Shown one piece after another: positions 36,820 through 46,900 of a stretch of DNA of 64,000 nt (position 1 is its first letter; each line of letters starts with the position of its first letter). The translations under genes were made by a program, and so were the position numbers. The notes beneath the pieces were generated by a model. The model searched no databases, was not told where the DNA came from, and was given only the letters and a program-made list of their open reading frames with translations. Source of the DNA: Candidatus Saccharimonadales bacterium (lineage in GTDB: Bacteria > Patescibacteriota > Saccharimonadia > Saccharimonadales > UBA10212); the NCBI GenBank assembly GCA_025450575.1, contig JANWHE010000016.1, positions 93,874-157,873 on the forward strand, given 5' to 3'.

Positions 36820-37536
36820 ATGGACGATATCCGCCGCCCTCATCACCAGCGACGCGATTTCGCTATGCGCCATCGCCCTCACCAGCCCCCGCCCAGTCCT
36901 AACTCTCCGGCTCCCGGTCCCGCGCCGGCGCCGGCCATTCCCCATCATACACCGGCCGCGGTCCCTCAGGACGGCCTGGCGCCGGCAGCCGCCTCCGAAA
37001 CCGGTTATGAACATTACGGCCGGCCGGCGCCGCGGCCTAATCTCCAGCCGGCCGCCAAAAAAAAGCTGCTGCCCAAGATCCGGCCCAGATACGCCGCGGC
37101 CGGTTTAGCCGCCGTCTTATTGATAGCCGCCGGCGCTTATCTGCTCACCCGGCCGGCCCAAAAATCCGGGTTTTCGGTAGCCCAGCTGGCCAAAAAGTCG
37201 GCTTTCAGCTTTTATTATCCCCAGCCGCTACCCAACGGCTACGCTTACGTGACGAAAATCAACGCCTTCCAGGGCGGCCAGGCGTACTTTATGCTGGCCA
37301 ACGGGTCCAAACATATTATCTTCCGCGAACAAGCGGCCGGCGGCCAAACGACCGGGGGCCTGAGCGGCTCCCATAATATCCGTTCGGCGGCCGGCACGGC
37401 GGCCATTGGCACCCAAGCCGGCCAGCCGGCCGCCAAAGTGCTGGCCGGGTCCACGCTGATATCTATTAATACCACCGGCTCGGTGCCGTCCGCCGATCTC
37501 ACCTGGGTTATCGATTCTCTGAAAACTGACCGTTAA
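36820..37536 (+). CDS. single-pass membrane protein, paralog A (Arg/Pro-rich N-terminus, conserved ectodomain; DUF4367-like, tentative)
   Basis: 238-aa ORF: MDDIRRP..RRDF, a Pro-rich linker, a TM helix (AAGLAAVLLIAAGAYLL), then YYPQPLPNGYAYV.. It shows clear similarity to ORFs 37576-38247 and 40290-40958. Confidence 0.65.
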   Translation: MDDIRRPHHQRRDFAMRHRPHQPPPSPNSPAPGPAPAPAIPHHTPAAVPQDGLAPAAASETGYEHYGRPAPRPNLQPAAKKKLLPKIRPRYAAAGLAAVLLIAAGAYLLTRPAQKSGFSVAQLAKKSAFSFYYPQPLPNGYAYVTKINAFQGGQAYFMLANGSKHIIFREQAAGGQTTGGLSGSHNIRSAAGTAAIGTQAGQPAAKVLAGSTLISINTTGSVPSADLTWVIDSLKTDR

Positions 37537-37575
37537 TGTTGCTAAGCGTAAGCGATTTAAGGTAAATTATCAGAT

Positions 37576-38247
37576 ATGGATGAGATGAGAGACCGCTACC
37601 GTATGCCGCGGCGGGATTACGCCGCACCGGTCCGCCGGCCAATGGCGCCTGCTCCTTCGTCTGCGCCGCCTAACCCAGCGGCTCCCGCCCCTGTCAGCCA
37701 AGCCCCGCAGCCTCAGCACGAGCCAAGCCCGTACCAAGCGCCGGCCAGACCGCCCCGCCGGGCTAAAAAACGCCGGCTACTGAAGTTATTTATCATCTTA
37801 CTGATCTTGGCGGCGCTGGCTGGTGGCGTCTTTTTGGCTTACCGTAAGTATTACGTCAAAAATCCCTTCCCGGCCGATATCCGCCAAAACGCCGGCCTTG
37901 ACCTGCTGTATCCCACTAAATTGCCGACAGGTTATACGATCGACCCCACCTCTATGCAGCAGACCAACGGCATATTACTGTACGATGCCACCAGCGGCAG
38001 CAACCGGCTGGTCTTCACTCTGCAAAAAACCCCTTCGACGTTCGATTTCGCCACTTTTTACAAACAGCAGCTGCAGGATAACCAGCAGTTCTCCACTCCT
38101 TACGGACAGGCGGCAGTCGGCAAGAACAGTAACCGTTATCTGGGCAGCTTAGTAGACGGTAATACTTGGCTGCTGCTCAGCACCAACACCTCCAGCTTAA
38201 GCGCCAGCGACTTCACCCAGACGCTTAATAGCCTCAAAAATTATTAG
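37576..38247 (+). CDS. single-pass membrane protein, paralog B
   Basis: 223-aa ORF: MDEMRDRYRMPRRDY, a Pro/Ala-rich linker, a TM helix (LFIILLILAALAGGVFLAY), then LLYPTKLPTGYTID.. Confidence 0.65.
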   Translation: MDEMRDRYRMPRRDYAAPVRRPMAPAPSSAPPNPAAPAPVSQAPQPQHEPSPYQAPARPPRRAKKRRLLKLFIILLILAALAGGVFLAYRKYYVKNPFPADIRQNAGLDLLYPTKLPTGYTIDPTSMQQTNGILLYDATSGSNRLVFTLQKTPSTFDFATFYKQQLQDNQQFSTPYGQAAVGKNSNRYLGSLVDGNTWLLLSTNTSSLSASDFTQTLNSLKNY

Positions 38248-38298
38248 TTTACAGATTCTAAAGGTATAATGGAGCTAGCTTTCACGGAATAAACAAAC

Positions 38299-40245
38299 AT
38301 GCGAAAAAACCCACTACCCAAAACTAAGGTAGCCAAAAGAGCTGTCAGTATGCTGGTCTTACTGATTTTCATATCGACCTTGATGTTTGTCTTCTATCGG
38401 CCGAGGGTACATGCCCAGGTCTTCCTGACAAGTGGAAATACCTGGACGGTACCCTCGGACTGGTCGAATGGCAATAATATTATCGAGGTCATAGGAGGCG
38501 GAGGCGGAGGCGGTGGTGGTTCTTCGGCTGGTCCTGGCAATGGCTGGGGTGGTGGTGGTGGTGGTGGTTATTCTAAGATTCTGAACACCAGCTTCACGCC
38601 CGGTACGGTTGTGACTATAGCCATTGGGGTGGCCGGCACGGCCGGAGCAGCCGGGGGTAATGACGGCGGCGCCGGCGGCGACACTTACCTATGCAGCGCG
38701 ACGACCAGCTGCTCGAGCATAACTGATACGAACGTGATCGTTGGCGCCAAAGGCGGCGGGGCCGGTACATCAACGGGTGGCGGCGCGGGCGGAGCAGCCG
38801 CTAGCGGCGTAGGCTTGAGCAGCTTCAGCGGTGGTACTGGTGGAGCCGGCGCCGGCGGAGCTGGTAACGCCGGAGGCGCCGGCGGATCGGCGGGCGGCGC
38901 GGGCGGACCTAGCGCCGATGGCAACGCAGGCGCTAACGGTTCAGGTGGTAGCGGTAACAGCGGCGGGGCTGGAGCTGCTGGTGGCCGGGCTGACGGCAGC
39001 GCCGGAGGCGCGGGCGGAACGGCCGGAACAGCCGGCGGCGGGGCCGGCGGAGCGGCTGGAAATGGGACTGAATATGATTCTACCCATGGTTCAGGTGGGG
39101 GTGGCGGCAGTGGTGGAGGCGGTGACCGTAGCGCTAACGGCGGGGCCGGCGGAGCTTCCGGTAATTACGGTGGAGGCGGTGGAGGCGGTGGAGGCGGCGG
39201 TCGTAGCGCCGTTGGTAGCGCTGGTGCTGTTGGCAAACAAGGCATCATCCGGATAAGCTATACTCAGGTAAGCCAGGCAGATTACCGTTGGCGGTCCGAT
39301 GACGGCAACGAAACCACTGGCTCTTCCCTGGCGGCTCAGGATACACCGGCCTCGATTAACAGTAGTTCCGCCGTACGATTAAGATTCCTGATTACTGACA
39401 ATGGTGAAAGCACCACTAACACCTATCGTTTAGAGTACGCTCCACACTTAGCAGGCTGTTACACCTGGACTACCGTACCGAATGTAGCTACCACCGAGCA
39501 CTTTAATATGTATAGCACTAGCAATTATACGGACCAGGCGGCCTCGACCAACGTATTATCGGGCCCGGCAGTCATCACCGACCCGTCCGGTTTCAGTTTC
39601 ACGGCCGGCAAGCTCGTCAAATCGACCTCCAACTCCGCGACGGTCACAATCGGCGGCGGCCAGTTCACAGAGATAGAGTATGCTTTCCAGGCCAATTCTA
39701 ACGCCACTTATTCATCCTACTGTTTCCGGGTGACCAACGCCGGCACGCCTTTGGATATTTATAATAATTACCCCATCCTGAATGTCCAGTACACACCTTC
39801 GGCACCGATGGTTTATAGCCCGGCCAGCAGTGCCACCGGAGTGTCGCGGCTGCCGATTTTCCAGATGAGGAGTACCGACCTTAATAATGACTATCTGCAG
39901 TACGTAGTCGAAGTTTGCTCGGCGAACAGCTTCCCTTGCGGCGCGGCTTACAACAAGACATACAATGAGACCAACGCCTGCTGGAGCCAGCAGGATCTGC
40001 AGTCTGGCACGGCTTTCACCGGCTCCAGCGATTTGAACGTCTCGGCGATGGCCTATTGCCAGATCCCGGCCGCCGATTTACTCAGCCCCAATACTACGTA
40101 TTATATGCGCGCCAAAGCCATCGACCCCGGCGGCAGCAACACCTACAGCGCCTATTCATCGGTAGTCAGTTTTACCACATCGACCCTAGACGTCCAGATA
40201 AACGGCGGCTCGACAATCAAAGGTGGCACTAAAATCGGCGGTTAA
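38299..40245 (+). CDS. secreted glycine-rich-domain protein with C-terminal beta-sandwich/FN3-like modules
   Basis: 648-aa ORF with an N-terminal signal/anchor. TSGNTWTVPSDW..IEVIGGGGGGGGG is followed by about 270 aa of Gly/Ala-rich sequence ending in GIIRISY. A non-repetitive C-terminal half follows (YRWRSDDGNET..RLRF..YRLEY, ..TTYYMRAKAIDPGG). Confidence 0.7.
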   Translation: MRKNPLPKTKVAKRAVSMLVLLIFISTLMFVFYRPRVHAQVFLTSGNTWTVPSDWSNGNNIIEVIGGGGGGGGGSSAGPGNGWGGGGGGGYSKILNTSFTPGTVVTIAIGVAGTAGAAGGNDGGAGGDTYLCSATTSCSSITDTNVIVGAKGGGAGTSTGGGAGGAAASGVGLSSFSGGTGGAGAGGAGNAGGAGGSAGGAGGPSADGNAGANGSGGSGNSGGAGAAGGRADGSAGGAGGTAGTAGGGAGGAAGNGTEYDSTHGSGGGGGSGGGGDRSANGGAGGASGNYGGGGGGGGGGGRSAVGSAGAVGKQGIIRISYTQVSQADYRWRSDDGNETTGSSLAAQDTPASINSSSAVRLRFLITDNGESTTNTYRLEYAPHLAGCYTWTTVPNVATTEHFNMYSTSNYTDQAASTNVLSGPAVITDPSGFSFTAGKLVKSTSNSATVTIGGGQFTEIEYAFQANSNATYSSYCFRVTNAGTPLDIYNNYPILNVQYTPSAPMVYSPASSATGVSRLPIFQMRSTDLNNDYLQYVVEVCSANSFPCGAAYNKTYNETNACWSQQDLQSGTAFTGSSDLNVSAMAYCQIPAADLLSPNTTYYMRAKAIDPGGSNTYSAYSSVVSFTTSTLDVQINGGSTIKGGTKIGG

Positions 40246-40289
40246 AGCCGCTTGTGGTTTAAACCACCAATACGTTATCTTATCTATAG

Positions 40290-40958
40290 ATGGATGAAGA
40301 GTTACGTAGCCGACACCGGCGCGATTTTCGGAACGAGGTGATTGGGCGGCGCCCAGCTCGGGCCCAAAAGCCCTTAAGGGCAGAGCCGGCCGAAGTTATC
40401 AATTTTAGGCCCGTTGAAATGCATAAACCGTCTACCAGGCCCCGCCACGGCCGCCGCAAAGGGATTTTAATTGGCTTGATGGTTCTTTTATTGGCCAGCG
40501 CCGGCATTGTCCTATACTTGTGGTGTCCCTGGCATAAGAACCTCCAGGCTACCCAAAAAATCCCAGTCGTACCCGCAGCTATTTCAAATGGTGTCAGCTA
40601 TAAGGTTTACTACCCTGACCCGGCTAAATTGCCGGCTGGCTACACGTTGGTCCGCAGTTCATTCACTATGCCGGTTAAGAACGGCGTGGCTTACTGGGTG
40701 AGCTATGATAATGGCAAACATATAGTCTTTTCGGTGCAAAGCAAGCCCTCCGATACCGAACTCCAGACTTTCAATAGCAACTACATCCCCCTGCGCAACG
40801 ATTACCAGACAGGGGTGGGCCAGGCCGAGATTGGCGCCTACCATAACCAAACCCTGGTCAGCCTGCCGGCTACCAACGGCCCTTGGATAGTCATATCCGC
40901 CCCCCAGGACATCAGCCAGGACAAGCTAAAACAAGTCCTCAGCTCGATTACTAAATAG
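40290..40958 (+). CDS. single-pass membrane protein, paralog C
   Basis: 222-aa ORF: MDEELRSRHRRDF..GRRP, a TM helix (ILIGLMVLLLASAGIVLYLW), then VYYPDPAKLPAGYTLV..HIVFSVQ.. Confidence 0.65.
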   Translation: MDEELRSRHRRDFRNEVIGRRPARAQKPLRAEPAEVINFRPVEMHKPSTRPRHGRRKGILIGLMVLLLASAGIVLYLWCPWHKNLQATQKIPVVPAAISNGVSYKVYYPDPAKLPAGYTLVRSSFTMPVKNGVAYWVSYDNGKHIVFSVQSKPSDTELQTFNSNYIPLRNDYQTGVGQAEIGAYHNQTLVSLPATNGPWIVISAPQDISQDKLKQVLSSITK

Positions 40959-40959
40959 T

Positions 40960-43900
40960 CTAATTGCCGGTCACTACGTATTGGTCGGTGGTTATTGTAT
41001 TGGACGCGCTATTGGCGCTCCAGACCGGGAAGAGATAAAGGTTAGCCGCCGAAGACGTAGTGAGGCCGGTAGTGCTGGCCGTGGATACCATGTTGAATAC
41101 ACCGAACTGACCGGTGGCGGTAGTGGTGGTGACAGTCTGCAGGTAGAACAGCCCCTGGCCGTCCATGCTGGTAGTCGAGAAGCAGACTATCTTGTAATCG
41201 ATTATCCATTGGGCGTTGCTTATCGTTGAGCCGGCAGTGGCCGTCGGCGATGCCGCGCCGATAAGCGTATCGCTGGTACGGGTGGTGTTGGTGCCATAGC
41301 GGACTTCCATCTGCAGGGTCGGGGCGCTGGTCGTACCATAGTGGCCGCGGGCATAGATATGTATCACCCGTCCGGCCTGGCAGTAGTTGGCCGGAATCGA
41401 TGCCGCGCCCAGATTGCCGCAAGCCGTCGTACAGGTGTTGATGGCCGATCCAATGGAAGTATTAGAGTAAAGCAAGCCGTTACAGGTAGTCCAGGCGCCG
41501 GCCACGCCGCACATGAAGTTATGGTCGGTTGAACTGTAGAACATGGCGCCGTTTATCTCGGTGGCAGCGTTGGAAATCGTACCCTGGTTGAAGGTTGAAT
41601 CGCTGTCGGTGTCGAGCACTAGCAGCGTACCGGTAGTGTCGGATGTGCCGATGTTCACAGTGCCGGTGCTGGTGTTAACGTTCAAGAGGCTGGTGCCAAG
41701 ACCGCCGGCGTTGGTGCCGCGAACCGCGAATATTATACCCGCCAGGCTGGTATCGGCGTCCTGGATGTCGAACGCACCGGTATCAGTGCCGCCGGCATTC
41801 AGTTTAATTTCCGGAGTAGTGCTACCTGTCGAGGAGTTATATGTAGTCTGCAATGTAGGCGTGCTGATGGAACCCATCGACGACCAGGTGCCGTTCAGGC
41901 AGCCGCGGAAAGTATTAGAGGTAGTGTTATAGTAGAAGGCCCCGTTGATACAAGTCGGATCGGCGCTGGCCGAACCGAATTTTACTACCGCTGAACCATT
42001 GACCTGCACCTGGCCAGAGCCGCCGGAGTTAAGTATCAAGTAATCCGATGAACCGCTGCCGCTCTGCAGAGTCAGCGTACCGGCGGTAGTCTGCCAGCTA
42101 GAGGCAGCGTGGCCGGTAATATTAACTGCTGCCCCGCTACCAGAATTGACCGTTATGGCACCGCTGCCGGTACCGACCGCTACCGTACCGCTGCTGGCCG
42201 TGTAGTTAGCTGTGCTGGTAGCTGTATCGTAATAAATCAAGGCGTAATTGGTTGAGCCGCCGTTTTCCATAACCCGCAGGGCCCGGCCGCTGGTATCAAC
42301 CGACAAGACGGTGGCGTTACCGGAGTTCTGGACGACGAAACCAGCGGTCGAATCAGTGTTGGTATGGAAAGTGGTCTGCCCGGAGCTATTGACCGTTATG
42401 GAGTTAGCCGCGTTGGCGTTAACCTGCAGCTCAAACCCCTTGCCGGAAGCCGCCTTGACCGAGGCCGCGCCGTTAGCGCCGTCATAGCCAAACTGCGCGC
42501 GGCTATTATTGGCCCCGTAGTAAAAGGAGTTGCTGGAGCTATCGGTGGTAGCCAGCAAATCAACGGCTGAATTGGTACCAGCGCCGGCGTAAATTTTTAC
42601 CCCTTGGGTGGCGGTCAGAGCCTGTGAGGTCGAGCCCAGCGTAATGTAATCGCTGGTAGTGTCGATATTAAACAGGCTGTTGTTGCTGCTGTTCTGTACT
42701 TGGAGAGCCGCCGTTGAATTGGTGGTCACGCTTTGAATCAAGACGCCGTTGTTGGTCGACGAATTCGTTTTTAGGTTTATGCCGGCATCAGATTTCAAGT
42801 TGACCACGCTGCTGCCGCTGTTAGAACCGATATTGACCGTCTGCGTAGTGGTGCTGGCGCCATTGCCGATATTAAAGGTGTGGGTGACGTCGGTGTTGCC
42901 CAGATTGATACCGCCGGTGTTACCGCCCTCGATATTGACGGCGTTGGTCGTGTTACCATTGCTGCCGATAGTTATAGTGTTGGTCGCCGAAGCGTTGGCG
43001 TTAGTAGCGATATTGATAGTCGAGTTACTGGCGTTGCTGGCCGTCAGGCCGATGTTGACCGTCTGGGCGTGGCCGCCGACGTTGCCGATCTTGACGGTAC
43101 CGGCGGCGCCGGTATCGCTATCGATGGTCACGCTGTTGCCGCCGGAAGTAGTGTCGACCGCTATAAAGTTATTGTTGCTGGCGTCTTGGACCACGAAAGC
43201 CGTGGTGCTGCCGCTGCCGGTGGTGTGAACCTTGGTGGCGCCGGTATTGCCAACGCCGAAGACTACTGTTCCCAGGCCTCCCCCGCCGCCGTTACTGGCG
43301 TTGATATCCAGGATATCGGCACCTACCGTACTATCGGCGTCTTGGATATTAAGAGTACTGCGCGTGCTATCAAGTTTGATTTCCGGTGTCGTGCCGCCAA
43401 TTGAGTTAGTGTAGCCGAGCTGAAGCGTACTGGCGTCAATACCGGCGATTGTCCAGGCTGAACCTATGTATATGAGCGTCGCCGAACTGCCCGGTGCCAG
43501 ATTATAGCTGCCCGCCCCCGTATTCAGCGTGAAAGCATTGGTGCCGCCGTTACCTACATAAAGCAGCCGGCCAGTGGTCGCCGTCGTCGGCGCCGGGACC
43601 GTGAAAGTCAGGCCTGTAGCCGTAGCCGTGGCGCTGATGGTGGTATTGTTATCGACCAAAGACTGGGTGATGGTGCTGTTAGCGCCACTGGTGTAGGTGT
43701 TAGATGCGAAAACCGTGCCGCCGGCCACAGTTACGGTCGGCGTGGAGGTATTGACGCTGAAGACAGCGGCGCTACCAGTGGTCTGAACCTGGAAGGCCGA
43801 CGTGGAGTTGGCGGCGTTCTTGACGGTCACGTTACCGGCGGCGCCGACGCCGGTATTCAGTCCGGCGACCAGAGTGATATTGCCACCGGCGTTGTCACCG

Positions 43901-46900
43901 GATCCGCCGGCGGCGCCGCCATTGATGCTCACGTTGCCACCGGCGGATCCGGTGCTGCTGCCGTTGCCGGCGCCCCCATAGAGGTTCAAGTTGCCGCCGG
44001 CCGTCCCGGTCGCCGATGAACCCGTACCCTTGACGTTGAAGTTATTCGGTGCGGCATTCGTTCCGCTGCCATCGGCGTTGCCTAAGTACAAGTTATTGCT
44101 CTGATCAAAAGTAGCTCGCCCCGTGTTGTTAGTTATAATCTGCAAGCTGTTGGCGTCTTTGGTTCCCAAGCTGGCTAAGCTGCCGGTCAGGCTGCCTAAG
44201 GTGTTGCCGCCGTTCACGAAAGCCACGCCGGTTCCGGTAGTGATACAAGCCGCCAGTTTGTTGGAGCTATTCCGGCACAGGTAAGAGGTGTTATCAGCTG
44301 TGCCTAGGGCTCCGGCGGCCACAATGATGCCGCCGCCCGGCTGCAAGGTTAGGCTGCCGCCGATGGTCGAACCGATAGTAATCGTGCTGGCGCTGCTGGC
44401 CGTAGTATTGGTCGAACCGATGTTTATCGTCTGGGTTACGGCCACGCCGGTAGAGTTACCTATCTGGACAGTCGAACCGGTCTGAGTATTGCCAAGATAT
44501 AGAGTGCCACCGTTGGTGTCGGCCTGTATGTAAGTATGGCTGCCAGCGGCGTCCTGCACCTGGAAGCCGTTAGTGTTGGTTACTTGGAAAGAGTTAGTGC
44601 TAGAGAAAGTGTTAGCCGCGTTATTCAGGACGATGTGGGAGCTATCGCTAAGGTTAGTGCTAGCGATTTGCGAGCCGCCGACTTCGTAGAATTTAGTGGC
44701 CGGAATATTGACATTACCATCCTTATCAACGCTGAATTTCTCAGCGCCCCCATTTTGCAAGCTCAACAGCTTAGCTCCGGCTGTAGAATAGGTATTGGCA
44801 GTATTGAGCGTAAAGCCGACAGCGCTGGCGCCGTCGGCCAGATTGCTGAATAGCTTGTTGGTGGTGGCGTCAACGCCCAGCACCGTGACGCTAGAGGAGT
44901 TCTGAACCTGGAAAGCCGTGCTTGAGGTGTTGGTTATCAGCAACGGCGCCGGCTCGTTGGCTTTCTTCAGATAAAAATCATCGAAGTAGAACGTGCCGGT
45001 GGTTGCCGTAGCTTTGACGCTAGCCGCCAGCCGCAGGAAGTAAGAACCGGCCGGGACAGTGGCGGTTATCGTCTTCTTGACATAGCTGGTGCCTGGCAGT
45101 CCGGTGTCGGCGTTGCTGAAGGTCGTGCTGGCTTTGTCTTTGTCGTCAAATTCTATGTAGATTCCGGCATCACCGGTAGCGCCAGCGCTGTTCTTGACCC
45201 AGGCTTCGGCGTAGATAGTATCGCCCGGATGTACTGCGAAGTACGGTGTCGTTACGGCGTGAGTCGTGGAGTTGCCGGTTACCTGCAGTTCGTAATTGCC
45301 GCTGTGGGCATTGGCCGAGCTGTTGGTTATCACCTGCGTGGCGCTAGGCGTATACCAGCCGGTGGCATCGGTTGTCCCGCTGGATTCAAAACTAGGATTT
45401 TGGATTTCATTGCCCAGGTTATCTACCCCGTTATTAATCACGTAACCGTCGCTGGTGTTGGCATTAAGCAAAGCCGAAGCCGTTGAGGTCTGGATTCGAA
45501 AAGCGGTGTTTGAATCACTGAAGTTTTCAAAAGCGGCGGCGCCGGTAGTGGACAGACTTTGAACCACGTGATTATTAGTTATGATATTCAGACCATTCGA
45601 ATCAATGGTGCCCAAGACTCCAGTACCTCCAAAGCCGCTATTTCCGCCGTTGACAAAGGCGGTGCCCGTCCCAGAAATAAACCCGCAGCTGGAACTGGCC
45701 TGAATACACAGCGTTCCATTTTCGGCCGGTAAATGGATAGTGTAGCCGGTACTGCTTGGGTTAGTGGCATCAAGCGTTATGGACCCAGTCTGGGCGGCGA
45801 AATTAAACTTTAATTTGCCGGTAATGCCACTGGCGCCGGAGTTGCCCAGAATCACCGTATCACCCGCGGTATCGACAGTTAAGACAGACTTGCTTGAGGC
45901 CGAATCGTTTATTACTAGACCGGCGGCATTATTGTTGGCTAAGGTGGTCAATCCGCCATTAGCGATCGTCAGTACCGGCGTGGCATTATTCTTAAAGACG
46001 GCGATATTCCCAGTCGAGGTTGAATTAGACACATTCAGGGCGTCGCCGCTGGTCGAGCCGGTCAATGAAGTCAGCGCCGATGTTACCGTCAAGGTTTTAC
46101 TGGCCGCCACCGTCGTGTTGCCGCCCAGGCTGATGCCGCCGGAACCGGAGTTCAGACTCAGCGCCCCGCCATTAACGCTATTGCCGATCGTGACGTTGGT
46201 CAACCCGGTACCAGCCGGCGTGCCGGCGCCGATATTAATGGTCTGGGTCTTGCCGGTAGCGGTATTGGCGTTGCCGATGTTAATGGTATTGGTATCCGTT
46301 GATTGGCCGAAGGTCAGGCCGCCGGTTTCGGATGTCGAACCAATTGTGATAGTACTGGCAGCCGTATCCGGGTTGATATTAAGGCCGCCGCCATCGCTTA
46401 TAGTAAGAACGGGGGTAGAATTATCATTGAATACGGCGATATTGCCGGTCGAGGTGGAGTTGCTGACGTTTAGAGCGTCGCCGCTGGTCGCGCCGGTCAG
46501 CGATGTTAAGGCCGATGTGACAGACAGAGTCTTGCCGGCCGCCACGGTCGTATTATTGCCCAGAGTTATCCCGCCTCCGCCATCTATGGCCGTCACCGCC
46601 GAACCACCGGTCTGGCCGATAGTTATGCCGCTGGCGCTAGTCGTACCGATTGATATGGTGCCGGTAGTCCCGGTGCCGGATTTCGTGCCCGAGTCGATGG
46701 TGATATTGCCGCTGCTGCTGTTGGTGCCGCCGGCGGCATCGCCGGACTTGATAGTCACGCTGCCGGAACTTAAGCTGCTGCCGGTCTCGTTGCCGCTGCG
46801 CAAGGTTATGGCCGCGGTATTGGCGGCCGCCGAATCAGTGGTCTGGACCAGCGGCGTCTGCAGCGCCGTGCCAATAATCCCCGTTCCGCTGATGTTAAAG

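Noticed and set aside
38490-39200. Highly repetitive GGN-rich DNA that could be mistaken for a tandem repeat or CRISPR-like array.
   Set aside because: It has no regular repeat-spacer periodicity. It is in-frame coding sequence for the Gly/Ala-rich domain of ORF 38299-40245. The alternative-frame ORF 38831-39256 and the antisense ORF 38685-38924 are by-products.
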